This document shows positions 37,871 through 52,261 of a stretch of 64,000 nucleotides of DNA, piece by piece. The stretch is from NCBI RefSeq assembly GCF_006345805.1, contig NC_042999.1, positions 136,090,001 through 136,154,000 of the forward strand, written 5' to 3'. The notes under the pieces were generated by a model that did no database searches, was not told where the DNA came from, and saw only the letters and a list, made by a program, of their open reading frames with translations. The position numbers were made by a program, and so were the translations under genes. How positions within the stretch are numbered: the first letter of the stretch is position 1; the number at the start of each line of letters is the position of its first letter. This stretch comes from Octopus sinensis (lineage: Eukaryota).

Positions 37871-39414
37871 AGTGTTTATTATATTTGGAAAGAAAAAAGC
37901 GGGGGGAAGTAACCTCTCACTGAAGGCAGTTGGTAAGTTTTTGTTGTTGTTGTTTGACTCAAGGTGGCCCTGAATGAAAAGACCTGCGATCAAAAGTCTT
38001 CCAGCCATGATCATCGAATATTTTAATATATCCAGAACTACATTGGTCAATGTAAAGGAAGTCAGCTGGTATTTCTAGCAGATTGAGTGACAATGTAGAA
38101 AAGTGTTTCTCAACTATTTTAGCCCACATCCAACTTGGATTTTCCAAGAAAACATGTATCCTACCATGAACAACCACAGTATATATATATATATATAAAC
38201 AAAGGAATGTGATTATACAATATCACTGCACTCACATAATTAAGATATTTTTAATTGTAGTGTTGCAGGAAGGTATGAAGTGTAACATCCATCATAAGAT
38301 ACTGCAAAACATAACAGGGAACCTCTCGAATCATTAGGCTGCACTGTGTTGCATAAGAACAATTATCAATATGCTGCTGGATAGCAAAAACTATATTGGC
38401 AAGTTTTATTCACTTGTCACTTGCTTAGGCCCATTGTAAAGAAATCCATGTCTCACCAAAATATTGCCACACTCCACCAGTGGTATATGCATTCCACCTT
38501 TAGAAACAATAGTGAAGAGGTTCCCTCATTGGCTTAGAGGTTTCCAAGTTCATAGAAATGGTGAAGTATTGGTGTTGTAGTTGAAGTATCCATGATGTGA
38601 GCCACTACCAGCTAAAACCTCTTTGAGGTTATCTCAGGAAAATAAATTGACTTGTTATCAATGATCAAGGCTTTTCCATGCTTTTCTATGTTCTTCATGT
38701 CTAATCTTTAAGGGGTTCTGTATGTTCTTTGCAATTAACTCTGCTTGTATATATAATTATTTTCATGCTTTTCATCAGCATCATGTTTATATTGGTGAAA
38801 GGATTTAATAATGATGTCTTATTCCTGAAAAAGGCTGTGGGGTTGTATTTCCTATCAAAAAACAAGTTAACCTAATGTATGAATACAACTTGTAAGAAGC
38901 TTAAGGAAGATTTTTAACAGAGAATGTTTTGTCATTGGTTAATGACAAAATATTCTCTGTTAAAAATCTTAAATATGCATGAACATTTAGCAATAATCAA
39001 TAGTTATTCCAGTTTGATAGTAATTCACTGCATTTGTATGTGAATTGAACAAACTGTGGGTTACCATCGATGTTTATATAAGTTGCCCCCTTCTGTTTTA
39101 TTTTTAAACATTCAGATTCTTTGAAAAATCTATACATAAAACAACAAAAGAAAACAGCTATTGGTTTTAAAAATGCTAAGCAAGCTGATTTACTTCTCTC
39201 AAATGTCAGGGCTGGATTTAGAAAATTATTTACTTGATCTGGTATTATTACTTATCAAAAACCAATCTAAGAACAACAAACCAAAACTTCCAAAAAGAGC
39301 AAGAATTTCACTGAAAAATAGCATGGAGATTTTGATGCACTGCACAAAAGCTGCATTAAGAACCCCAAAAAGTACTATAAACACTCTTAAAATGAAAAAG
39401 ATAATAACACATCG

Positions 39415-39466
<52 letters not shown>

Positions 39467-39784
39467 ATAAATAAAAGGATATGATTTATATCGTACCCAG
39501 AAGACACCATGTATATGCAGCTAGATCTATAAAAGTGAAGCAAAGTATGAATTAAAGACTTGACTAAAAATAAAATAAGAGTGGAGTGGCTAAAAATATA
39601 TAGAAAGAGAGGATTCAAGCATAATGAAGGAAAAAAGCTTTTATAATTTATAGATAAAAATAATGAAAAGTATGTAAAATAATATGTAAGCCATATAACG
39701 CAAATAAGTATTCCCAATGAAGCTTTATATAACTCTCTTTACTTAAATGCACCCAAAACTGATTTTAAAATATAATTTATAAAG

Positions 39785-40930
39785 AAAACTAGGTGCAGAT
39801 GTGAGAGTTGTGCATGCTATGTACTGACATGATGTCAGCTAAGTATGAGTTAACAATGAGCTCAGTGAAGTTAGCATACAAGTGGGTGTCTAGCAGGGCA
39901 ATGTTCTTGAGCCCCAACTGTTTTTACTATTACCTTTCAAGCCATAATAGATAAGTTTAAAGCCAGCTGTCAGTAGGAACTTCTATTCACTAATAAACTA
40001 GTCCTCATAGCTGTTGAAGAATTAGTGAAAAAATTCCAAATGTGGAAGCAAAGACTAAAATCAAAAGATCTCAAAGTAATCTAGTGAAAATCTTAGTTAT
40101 CAAAAATAATGACAGAACATCACTGCTATTTGGGAAGTTGCCATGCTCAGCATGTAGAAAAGTATCAGACAGGAACTCTGAAATATGAATCATATAAGTA
40201 TGGGTGCACAGTAAATGCAATGGGATTATACAGGTAGATCGACAGAGAAGACAAGATTTAGTGTGTAGCAGATGCACAAAAGTAATTAGCATCAGGAGCA
40301 CACATGAAATAAATTCTTTCAAATGTTTGGAAGGCTTTGAAAAAGTAGTTAATAGTTTCTGTAACCAAGGTGGCCAAATTAGGTGGATGTTCTGAAAGCA
40401 TGGCAGTCAGAGTATGAATGGACTGCTGACAACAGTGAATTAATGGTTGTATGATGTTTATGTATAAAGTGCAATGTTGCTTGGCAGTGGAAGATGGGCA
40501 CTGAATGCAAAAGATATGCAAAGAATGGAAAGAAATGAGGCAATAGTGCTTCACAGAATGTGTAGTGTGAGTGTGCAAAAAAAAAAAAGAGCTGAAACAT
40601 AAAAAGACTGGGTGTAAGAGGAATTAGATATAATCTACTCTTATTTATAAGAGTAAAGACTGTGCTGGTATGGTCATGTAATGCATATGGAGAGTGGTAG
40701 TTGGGTAAAGATCTGTTAAGCAATCCAAGAAGAAGAATCATGTGGAAGAGAAGAGAACATCTGGAGAAGATATGGGAAAAGGAGTGGTGGCAGCTGATCT
40801 GAAGAAGCTGCACTTCATGAAGATGATGACAAAGGACTATAACAAGTAATGTTACACTACTAAAAAAGACTCATCTAATACACACAAGCAGAGAAAAGCA
40901 GATGTGATGATGATGATGACGATGATGACA
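39785..40930 (+). mobile_element. ancient RTE-PHD copy
   Basis: VRVVHAMY, PCSACRK..RNS, WVHSKC, VCSRC, RLCWYGHV motifs in order; (GAT)n tail. Confidence 0.8.
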
Positions 40931-42117
40931 ACTAAAGAATGAAAATACCATAATCTTATTTGGAAGTGAAAGTCTAATCTTTATAAGTAGCACAGAAATG
41001 TCATACATTTGATTGTACACCTAAAAAATTAAGTGAGATTTAAATAATCCAAAACTCCTTTATTCTAAATAAGCGATAAAAACAAACTTGGTACGACCCT
41101 TCACAACTGGTGACACAAATATATCATTTCACATGTATCTATTACTTAATCTTTTTCGTAACAGATCATCTTCAATTAAAGTTACAGCCTGCAACTCATA
41201 GTTCTCAATCATAGTTTTCTGATTCTTCCACTGATACTCTCTGCATAAATTTATCTAGTGCCATTAACGTTTACACTCAGTGCATGTTTATAATTCTCCT
41301 TTAAATTATGTCTCACTTCATCCATTCCTTACACCCTCAAACTCTTTCTGAAAATTGTTTGTTGCTCGTGTTTCCTCCAGCTACTAACCAGCATTAATTC
41401 TAATTAGATATTGATCTTATTAACTATACCAACTTCATTCAATTACCAATACCTCATGGTCTAGAATATTGCTGAAGCCCAAAAGCACTAACTAACCGCC
41501 ATCTTCACAAACAAACAAATTTCCCCAGATTGGTTAACTTTTTTAAAAGTTTCTAAAAACAAAAACATTTATTAAATCATGAAGTTTTGCAATACTGAAT
41601 TTAATCAATTAAATTTTCAGTGACAAGAAATGAGAAAATTACAAAAATGGCAAAATGACTTCTAGACCCAAATTTGTATTTAATATTAAAAGGGTTTGAT
41701 ACTTATATTAACTATAGTTAATTTAATGCTATTGAAGGCAATGCAGCAACATTATATCCAACTCCTCATTCAGTTTTCATTGCTATCCATCCTTGTTTCT
41801 GTTATTGGGTTTGGAGTGTTTAGTGGAACAAATCCATTATTTTTTAAAAACCTGGTACTTATTCTATCAGCTGCTTTTGTCAAACTACTAAGTTACAGGG
41901 ATCTAAAAAGGTAAGATTGGTGGTTCAGTGACTCCAGCTCCATTAGAAAGGGGAAATTCTTGGACCATGTGGCTGGACAGGAACCTGATGGCATCTGGGT
42001 GCCTTGGAGCTGACAGAGGCAAGGCCAGAGAGTAAGCATGTGTTTTTTGTGTGTGTGTGTGTGTGTATGAATATATGTGCACTAGTGCCAGCAATGTGTA
42101 TATGTATATATATATAT

Positions 42118-42555
42118 TGGTTGGCATCCTTTTTGTCTCGGGAGACAATGGAGTTGCGCATAAAATAGTCTAGTCCGGCTTTTACATCTCATGTCCTGAT
42201 ACATTTCCTGCTGTGGCTGTGTAGTCCTATCCTGGACAAACACTCCCTCTGGCAGGTACCGCAAATGTAGCGAAGACTGTTCCTGGCTGGTTGTAATGCC
42301 ATAGTTTCTTGTTAACGTCTTCTCTTGTCTTTCCATTTCTCCTCTCTCTCTCTGTCACTCCTTTGTATTCCCTATTTTACGGTACGTCGCCAATCTCCAC
42401 GGTTGCCGGCAACTGCTTCCCAACCACTAATAATGATGTTGCAGGCCTTCATGTCCCTTTTGCAAACATCCCTGTAACGTAAGAACGGTCTACCCACAGA
42501 CCTAGTACCCCTAGCAAGCTCTCCGTAGAGTATGTCCTTGGGGATTCTGCCATTT
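42118..42555 (-). mobile_element. 3' fragment of a second RTE family with a C-terminal zinc finger
   Basis: Minus strand GRIPKDILYGELARGTRSVGRPFLRYRDVCKRDMK...YICGTCQRECLSRIGLHSHSRKC (two stops); 3' end CATTGTCTCCCGAGACAAAAGGATGCC. Confidence 0.85.
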
Positions 42556-42592
42556 GATGTGGAGGATTTTCCGGAGGCAGCAATATATTATG

Positions 42593-43000
42593 ACTCTTTT
42601 ACTCTTTTGACTCTTTTACTTATTTCAGTCATTTGACTGCAGCCATGCTGGAGCACCACCTTTAGTCGAGCAACTCGACCCTGGGACTTATTCTTTTTGT
42701 AAGCCCAGTACTTATTCTATCGGTCTCTTTTTGCCGAACCGCTAAGTGACGAGGACGTAAACACACCAGCATCGGTTGTCAAGCAATGCTAGGGGAACAA
42801 ACACAGACACACAAACACACACACATACATATATATATACATATATATGACAGGCTTCTTTCAGTTTCCGTCTACCAAATCCACTCACAAGGCATTGGTC
42901 GGCCCGGGGCTATAGCAGAAGACACTTGCCCAAGATGCCATGCAGTGGGACTGAACCCACAACCATGTGGTTGGTTAGCAAGCTACTTACCACACAGCCA

Positions 43001-43003
<3 letters not shown>
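42593..43003 (-). mobile_element. SINE family A
   Basis: Near full-length reverse match. Confidence 0.9.
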
Positions 43004-43036
<33 letters not shown>

Positions 43037-43232
43037 GGTGTGTGTGTGTGTGTAAATATATATATACTTACATATAAGAGAGCAAAGTGTATGTACGCCA
43101 CTATATATATATATATATATATTGCTCAAAGAAATTCCAACATTGATTTTCATGGTTCATTTACAATCTTAATATTATATAAGATAATATAATATAATGA
43201 AATGTTAGAATATTAAATGTCCATTCTGATTG

Positions 43233-44063
43233 AACTAGTACTTTCATGCATTAAATTATGCAATCTTCAGGTTTATGTAGTGGTGGTGACAGTTATGTTT
43301 TTTAATTTACAACTGTGGCAAGATGGCTAAACTGTGTGCCTTAAATACATTTGTTCAAATAACTCGGTAACAGAAATTATGTTTCTTACTACGATGGGCA
43401 GAAAGTAAATAAGAAATTTTAACAGAAAATAAAGTATCGGTTCAAGTGAAATTTGTCAGTCAGTGAACCAAAGAGCCAGTATCAAAGGAACCAGAAAGAA
43501 ACCGTCAATAACAAAAAAATGCAAAACCATATGGATTGAATTGAAATTTATGAAGATACTTCTGTCAGTAAATCATGAAATTACTTACATCAGTAATTGT
43601 AAACTTCTTTCTGTCAGTAATTTGTCATTGTTTGTTTGTAAATAGTAATTCATAACTTCAACTTACAGTGAAAACAATAACATGGAAGTTAAACAATGGC
43701 ATATGAAAATTGAAAGTGAAAAGAATAACGTCTGAAAAATGAAAGTGAAAACAAGAGAAATAGACAGAGAGATATGTTACAGAGATATATAGAGAGATAT
43801 ACATAAAGAGATATGTTACATCACTGACGCTAGAAAACCAGAAGTAAATATTTTAAAAACTTTCAAAGACGTGAATGTCATATAAAAAGCAATGCTTTAT
43901 TTTTAATAACTGTTAATGAAAATATCAAATGTACAGCCTATTATTTGTCTGAGGTGAAATTATTCATGCATCACAAGTATGAAAGCAACTGGTGAAGCCA
44001 TATTTGCTTGAAAAGTAAATACACACACATCTCTATTTTATATATTATTAGATTAGATTAGAT
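43233..44063 (-). mobile_element. possible non-autonomous Helitron-like element
   Basis: Minus strand starts A|TCTAAT..ATATATAAAA and ends CTAG|T, with a small subterminal hairpin (TGCAT..ATGCA); no second copy in the window. Confidence 0.3.
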
Positions 44064-44644
44064 ATATTGGTGTGTGTCTGTGTGTATACCATGTGTGTAT
44101 ATTAGATATATGTATCTATTTGTGACGATATCTGTATGAGATGTTTGTATGTGTACATGTACTTATGCAGAGATTTATGACACTATACTGAGCCTAAAAC
44201 TAACCAGCCGATAATTTTATAATTTTATTCATAACTTAATTCTCCTCCCACCCTACCTGTTTTTATATGCACACACATGCATATGTATGTGTCTGTATGT
44301 ATACGTGCATGGACATATATGTATGTGGGTTTGTATATCTGTACATGTGTGTGTATGTATGTCTATATACACACGCATATGTGGGGGGGTGTACGTGTGT
44401 GGTTGTAGTTCAACAGCCTTATCTACACAGGGGATAACAAACTCCAAATTATCAGTTTGAAAACGGCTTTAAGTAAGAAGCCCACAAAAGTGTCATAATT
44501 TGCGAACACCTAATAATTTATAAACATTTAATTATTAAAGTGAAAAAATTATCAGGAATGCAATTTGCATTCATTTTTTAAATATATAATACTGTACCAA
44601 GGATTTTTTATTTTTAATTCTACTATATATATATATATATGTGA

Positions 44645-45974
44645 ATCATCATCATCATCATCATCGTTTAACGTCCGCTTTCCATGCTAGCATGGGTTGG
44701 ACGGTTCAACTGGGGTCTGGCAAGCCCGAAGGCTACACCAGGCCAGTCAGATCTGGCAGTGTTTCTACAGCTGGATGCCCTTCCTAACGCCAACCACTCC
44801 GAGAGTGTAGTGGGTGATTTTATGTGCCACCGACACAGGTGCCAGACGAGGCTGGCAGACGGCCACGCTCGGATGGTGTTTTTTATGTGCCACCGACACA
44901 GGTGCCAGATGAGGCTGGCAGACGGCCACGCTTGGATATGGTGTTTTCGGTGTTTTTCTCATGTGCCACCGACACAGGTGCCAGACGAGGCTGGCGAACG
45001 GCTACGATCGGATGGTGTTTGTTACGTGCCCACGGCACGGAGGCCAGTCGATGCAGTACTGGCTACGGTCCCGTTCAGATGGTTTTCTTATGTGCCACCG
45101 GCACTGGTACCACAAGGATACAAATTCCATTGATGTTCATCTATTTTGATTTGGTTTGACTTGATTCGATTTGACTCTGATTTGATTTGCCTCAACAGGT
45201 CTTCACAAGTGTCACAAGCAGGAAGGTATGCACAGGTGGACTGACTACGTCCCAGGTAGGGGCCACGGGTTATGGCTTCACTAGTCTTGCCGGGTCTTCT
45301 CACGCACAGCATACTTCCATAGGTCTCGGTCTCTAGTCATTTCCATGGTGAGACCTAACGTTCAAAGGTCGTGCTTCACCGCCTTGTCCCAGGTTTTCCT
45401 GGGTCTACCTCTTCCACAGGTTCCCTCAACTGCTAGGGATTGGCACTTTCTCACACACCTATCTTCATCCATTCTCGCCACATGACCATACCAGCGCAAT
45501 CGTCTCTCTTGCACGCAACAACTGATGCTTCTTAGGTACAACATTTCTCTCAGGGAACTAACGCTCTGTCGAGTAAGTACACTGACATTACACATCCATC
45601 GGAGCATACTGGCTTCATTCCTCATGAGCTTACACATGTCCTCAGCAGTCACGGCCCATGTTTCACTGCCATGTAGCATGGCAGTTCGAACACATGCATC
45701 ATACAGTCTACCCTTTACTCTGAGCGAGAGGCCTTTAGTCACCAGCAGAGGTAAGAGCTCCCTAAACTTTGCCCAGGCTATTCTTATTCTAGCAGTTACA
45801 CTCTCAGCGCACCCACCCCCACTACTGACTTGGTCACCTAGATAATGGAAGCTATCAACTACTTCTAATTTTTCCCCCTAGAAAGTGATGGAAGTTGTTT
45901 TCTGCAGATTTTCGGAGATCAATGCCCCCGAGCATCTGCCACATATAAAAACTATCTTCCCAGTTAGCCTACCT
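44645..45974 (-). mobile_element. RTE-PHD LINE, third copy, truncated inside the PHD finger
   Basis: Track ORF 45362-45742 is nearly identical to the C-terminus of the first copy; UTR repeats; (CAT)n tail at 44645. Confidence 0.95.
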
Positions 45975-46601
45975 GAATGTATGTATGTATATGTATATAT
46001 GATGAAAGTAGCATTAATTCTTTAGGTCATTCAATTTTTCTCAATTACTCAATGGGCTGATTTAGTAAACCAATCAATAACAAACCTGTAATGACTAATG
46101 AAAGCAGCTGTAAATCTAATTTACTACAATAAAGTAATATGTAATGACCATTATTGATGCCTTGTCTTATATATATATACACACACATACACACTCACAA
46201 GGCTTTGGTCAGCCTGGGATTATAATAGAAGATGTTTGCATAAGTTGCCATGCAGTTTCATATGATTTCAGACTATACTCAAAATATTCTCCGTTTTAGA
46301 TCTCTGATTAATTCCATTTCTATTAACACAATTTAACACCATTTTGGTTTCAACATATGAATTAATATGAATTCATATTAAAAATAAAAAAAAAAAAGAT
46401 AATGAATTTCTGTAAATCTACAGACCAAAGACAGAATGGCTATGATAGATTCAGTGAATTCCATCTTCAGAATTATTCAACGAGTAAACCATAGACTCTT
46501 AATTTAAGTCTTCATGACACTGTTACAGTCTGGTGGTCTTAATCACTTCTTGTTACAACTTACCGAGGTTTCAGTAAGTTAATAGGTCTCTCTGAATAAT
46601 A

Positions 46602-46610
46602 ATGATGATG

Positions 46611-46692
<82 letters not shown>

Positions 46693-46700
46693 TAATGATA
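46602..46700. repeat. (AAT)n microsatellite
   Basis: Seen directly. Confidence 0.95.
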
Positions 46701-46853
46701 TTAATAATTATCTGAGGCCTATTGTGTAGAATTAGCACACGAGTTAATACACAATATCTAATCCAGTAATTACATTATTGACAAAGCATATTGTATGTGA
46801 TATTTACACTAACCAGTAGGCACACACACACTCACACACACACACGCACACAT

Positions 46854-46897
<44 letters not shown>

Positions 46898-47394
46898 AAA
46901 CAGATTGATAAAACTTGGGCAGTTAATTACAATTGAGGGTGATTTAGTATCAGCAAGTTCCATACTTTTGCTAATAGTTTTGAGTGCCCATGTAGACATA
47001 GAAACCTTCTTGATCCTTTAACCTTTGGCACAGCAGAACATCCGGTACAAATATTATAGGGCCCTCTCTCCAATGCTCCAAATACTCTGACCAATGGTCA
47101 CCTTGTATGTATGTATGTATGTATGTACGTACGTACGTATGTATGTATGTATGTATGTATGTATGTATGTATGTATGTATTCATGCATGTATGTATGTAC
47201 ATGTGTGAGTGTGTGTGAATTAAGGCTACCAATGGTTCAGAAAAACAGGAAAATATCTTAATATCTTATTTTTCCTTTCTTAACGTGAAACCAATGGTAG
47301 CCTAAATTCACAGATAAAGAAATTCTACGCATCAATGTAATGTTCAGCACTCGTTTTTATTGTTCAATATTATATATATATATAATCAATTGAT

Positions 47395-47562
47395 GTATTG
47401 GTGTCCATTTTCCATGCTGGCATGGGTTGGATGGTTTGACAGGACTTGATGCCTTTCCTAAGGCCATCTCCTTTGTAAAGCTCAGTGTCTTGAGATCATC
47501 CTTCAATACTCCATTCCATGTCTTCCTGAGTCTCTCTCTTCCACAAGTTCCATCCACTTTAA
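47395..47562 (-). mobile_element. RTE-PHD-related 3' fragment with a short UTR
   Basis: LKVDGTCGRERLRKTW..DDLKTL then AACCCATGCCAGCATGGAAAA. Confidence 0.8.
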
Positions 47563-47644
47563 GTGTGTAAATATATATACATTTATATAACACACACACA
47601 TGCACACAACAGCTCCCACACACACTTATACCTTTATCCACTCC

Positions 47645-47825
47645 ATATCATCATCATTATCATCATTGTTCGACCGTGGTCGAGACAATGGAATTTACCA
47701 TGCTACGCCAGACTTCACGGTCCATCATAGCATTACGGAGGTCCTGTTGCTGGATGCCTGTATCCCTGGAGATTACATCAGGGTAGGAGAGTGTGCGCCC
47801 TCTGGTATTGCAAGTAGATGGCATA
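47645..47825 (-). mobile_element. 3' end of a third RTE-like LINE family
   Basis: RGRTLSYPDVISRDTG..AMMDREVWR..EQ* running directly into a (TGA)n tail. Confidence 0.7.
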
Positions 47826-47899
47826 GTAAACTTAAAAGATATGTCTATATACACAAATTTTGCTGCCATTTCTCAAAATTAAGGACAGTCCCTAGCTCA

Positions 47900-50340
47900 T
47901 ACAGATCCTTCTAAGCAGCTGAGAGCAATCTGGATGATGTATGGCATGGCCTTTTGCTAGTTAAATTCAGTAGGGAAATCATGGATGGAGAGGATTTCAG
48001 AAAATTGCAATTCTGTAAAGAAATATTAGAAAGGAGCAGAATTGCATATTTTGGTGAAGAAAGCTTTGAGTACAAGATTTATTGACACAATATGGAAGAT
48101 ACTAAGAGGACAGGCAAGTACAATGGGTCACCTGGGAAGTGAAGGTATACAATTTCTTTTCATGGTGAGAAACCACTTCAGCTCTGAATAGTTGTTCAAC
48201 CACTTTAGGAACAAGAACTATTGTAACACAGATATAACAGAAGTATGACATAACAGAAATAGCACATATATATGTTAAGATACAGAGATAAGACATATGT
48301 GGACTGTAGAATGTTAGAAAGTAAAGGTTTGTCAATTGGACAGTGTGTTATTCTTTTTTTTTCTTTGAGGTCTAGCATGTGAAGTTAATGAATCATTCTA
48401 GATAAGTAAACATTTCTATACCTTATATATGTACCATATCTAAAGTAAAGATTATACCTTAGATATGGTCAGTAACTGTTCAGAGCTAAAAAAAATTCCA
48501 ACACTGAAGGGTAAGTTTAAACTTTGGAATGAAGTGCCTGTATCTTGTTATGAGTAGAGTGTTGTGTATATGCCAACAGTTACATTTGCAATCTCAATTG
48601 TTCTAATTGTAAATAAACACCATGGATAGTAGAGTACAGAGTTCCATATTAATGTTTCTCAAAAGGACCTCTACAGAGGTGGAGGTGTCTGTCCATAACA
48701 ATTTGTCAGTTCCTTTTCAACAAAAGGGGCTGACAAATTGCTATGGAATTTTGGATGGTTATTATTAGACATCTAAGCAAATATGATAGATTACAAAATG
48801 TATGATAGAATGCACAAAAGTGTGAAACAATGTCATAAGTACACTTATATATTAGATAATATACAAAATGAGTTGACTGAAATCTGTGGATCATTTGTGC
48901 AGATATAAAACTAGCCATGTTATTTTGCAATTGCTGTTGATAGAATGCCAGATTGTTCTTACAAAGAATATTTACCTTTCATTATCAGATATGTGAAGAG
49001 AGAAGATACAAGTTCTTCAACTGAAGAATACTGTTGTGCATTTCATGAAATTTCTAGAGTAATGATTAAAGAAAGTGCAAGGATAAACCTTATACTTCTT
49101 AGTAAGGCTATATCTGAACATGGAAGACTGTGTGGTTCAATTGTATGATACTGGCTTGACAGTACAGTGGTGTGCAGGCTATCTTAAAGGAAAAGAATGA
49201 GAACTGCATTTTCTTTGGTTGTGTAAGTCATATTCTGACCTTCATTGGTACTGAAGAAACTGTAACATTCTTTGGAACAACATAAATGTATATATATAAA
49301 TGTTCAATACCTTTGAGTCTTTAGCAATAAGAGAGATTCTCTCCCAATGTACATTGTCAAAGAAATGTTCAGTGATCACTGACTATGTAAGACCAATTGC
49401 ATGGTTTTTCGATAGTTTGAGAAATGTCATGGCAGAGCTAAGTGAAGTTACAAATTTGGCAACAATGTGTAGGTCTGATCTTTGAAGTATCAAAAAATAC
49501 TTGGGTACCTGTAAGTATGTACTGATACTTGCTATCTGAATTAAAATTCTAACACTGATCCATGAAATTAACTTGGCAATAAAATCTTGTATGCCACATT
49601 AGATATGGCAAAGGACAACACTGATCACCTATGAGCAGATATCCTGAAACTGAACGCTATACTTGAAGAAGCATGATGTGTTTTAATCAAAATTGGTGTG
49701 TTAGTTTCACTATTCACAGGTGATATCCATCTCCCAAATATGCTGAAAATTATTTCAGGGTGAATGTGTTCTTCAACATAATTGACTATCGATGGTCTTT
49801 CACTTCACTTTCCAATAGGCAGTGTCATTTATGGAGTTTTTGATTCTTTTGTGGCATTTAAAGCAGTTATATGAAAATGGTTGGTTACAAAAATCAGTTT
49901 CATCTGTGACACTCAAGTCATAACATTTTAAGTGATATTCAAAGTGAAGTGCTTTTTCTCAACAAATAAATGAATAAATAAATAAATAAATAAAGAAAGA
50001 AAGAAAGAAAGGGAAACTTTTCAAGTGAATTTCATGCTGTGTTACTGAAGAAAATTTATGGTTGAATATTAGAATTAATATAAGGCAAGGTTTCCCAAAT
50101 GTTCTCAATGTGTTGCACATTTTTCATTTTATTGCCAGCAACATTGGTCATAAGTGAATAAAGTCATACTTTTGGCCAAGAATGTTGCAAGAACATTTAA
50201 AATGATTAGTAATTTTGAACATCAACAACAATAAGACAAAGTTGTTTGATTTTTATTCTATTTCATTTACTTTTCTTCGTATAGCTGCTGAATTTGCTCA
50301 ACAACAAGCATGGAAAGGATTTTTGAATATGAAAAAGTGA
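47900..50340 (+). mobile_element. heavily decayed hAT (Tip100/ZMYM-like) transposase remnant
   Basis: PDCSYKEYLPFIIRYV, YD..GVQA, GCVSH (CxxH), FPNV..LPAT, EFAQQQAWK in the expected order. Confidence 0.65.
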
Positions 50341-50724
50341 CGACTATTTCTGAACTGAAATTCTGAATAGAATAGAAACAATTGTGAACTTTTACATCTT
50401 GTTACAGTATGGTTCTCTGTCATGCATTACAGATTTAAAAAAAAAACAACTTTTAATTAGGTTTTACTGTTAAGTACATAATGTATGCTTCAAATGTATG
50501 TATATACCCATAATACAAACATAAATCATATATCATAGATTTCTATAATACTTAACAATAATTTTGAATGGGCCTATGATTGCTTTACACACACACACAT
50601 ACACACTCACAGAAATAGCTTGACTAATCTTTACATTGCTTAAAGTCTTGTGGTATCCAGATTAACTGATGCCAACATTCTGTTTACCTACCATTCTGCA
50701 GTAGAAATAGTAAGACTGATCCTG

Positions 50725-51085
50725 CTGGTGGTGTAAAGCAGTTGTGGCAGGGCTACATAAAAAAACACCTGTGTGGTGCCATGTAAAAGTGCTCATATGA
50801 CATTATGTAAAAGCACCCATGCAGTGTTATATAAAAGTGCCTGAGTGGTGCCACACAAAATACATGTCGAAGTGCTTGTGTGGTGCCATGTAAAAACACC
50901 TGTGCAGTGTCATGCAAAAGCACCCAGCACACTTTGTAAAGCGGTTGGCATTAGGAAGGGCATCCAGCTGTAAAAACCATATCATATTAGACGAGTCTGG
51001 TGCAGCTCCAGAGCTTGCCAGCTCTGGTCAAACTGCCCAACCCATGCCAGCATGGACAACAAACGTTAAATGATGATGATGATGA
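50725..51085 (+). mobile_element. RTE-tail element with an array of ~21-bp GTGGTGCCATGTAAAAGCACC units
   Basis: About 8 diverged units, then the conserved terminal motif and (GAT)n. Confidence 0.8.
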
Positions 51086-51420
51086 AGGAGAATGTAATGA
51101 AGCAATTGTCGTCATTTGCTAGTTGAAATACTCGCATGGTCTGAATTGACTGACAAGAACCCTAAATATTCCCACCAAGAAGCCACTTAAAAATTTCCTT
51201 TAATTTCTCTTTAGTCTGACTCTATATGTCTCAAATATTTTGAGTGTTTTGCACTTAAGAAACTTTAAGTAATGTGAAATTGAGTTAATCTGTTATTAAA
51301 AACCTAAAACTTCAACCAAATAATGTGTTGAGTGTTACTTTCTTCTATTTGTTCATCCACTTTGTGGACTGAGATCCCTTTTGACAGTATTTAACACTTA
51401 GATAAAGTGGTAAATAGTTA

Positions 51421-52220
51421 CGAGATGGTATCAAAAGATTCCTGGACTAGTTCTGTAGTGCACCAACAGATGGCAGCACATGGTTGTGTGTGCAGTGAGA
51501 GCTAGCAGTGACCTTCATGAGGTAGTGTGTTGGGTGACATTGCTGTGTTTACTTTGCAAGTTGTGAAATTTGTGATCATGTGTATGATCTGTGGTTTTTG
51601 TCATGGACAGGAAGTTGGAAGAAAGAGTCAACATGAAATTTTGCGTTAAAATTGGGAAATCTGCTACAGAGACATTGAGCATACTTCAGCAAGCTTATAG
51701 CAACAAGGCAATGGGTTGTATGTAATTTTTTGATTGGCATGTGTGCTTCAAAAGTGGAAGAATGTTCCTTGAAGATGATGATCAACCTGGAAGACCTGCT
51801 CATTGTTTTTTTTTTTTTGATATTCATGGTATTGTGCATCAAGAATTCATCCCTGAGGGCCAGACTGTCAATTGAGAGTTCTACTGCGACATTTTGAAGC
51901 ATTTGTGAGAGGACATTCAACAAAAGTGACTGGATCTGTGAAGAGAGGAATTGGATTTTCCATGACAACAATGCATCATCACCAAGCTATCTTTACTCTC
52001 TCTTTTTGACTCTTTTACTTGTTTTAGTCATTTGACTGCGACCATGCTGGAGCACCGCCTTTAATCGAGCAACTCGACCCCGGGACTTATTCTTTTGTAA
52101 GCCCAGTACTTATTCTATCGGTCTCTTTTGCCGAACCGCTAAGTAACGGGGACATAAACACACCAGCATCGGTTGTCAAGCAATGCTAGGGGGACAAACA
52201 CAGACACACAAACACACACG

Positions 52221-52261
<41 letters not shown>

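Noticed and set aside
38300-39120. Possible Penelope GIY-YIG or LINE ORF1 relic (also 54900-55330)
   Set aside because: Too degraded to support with specific motifs
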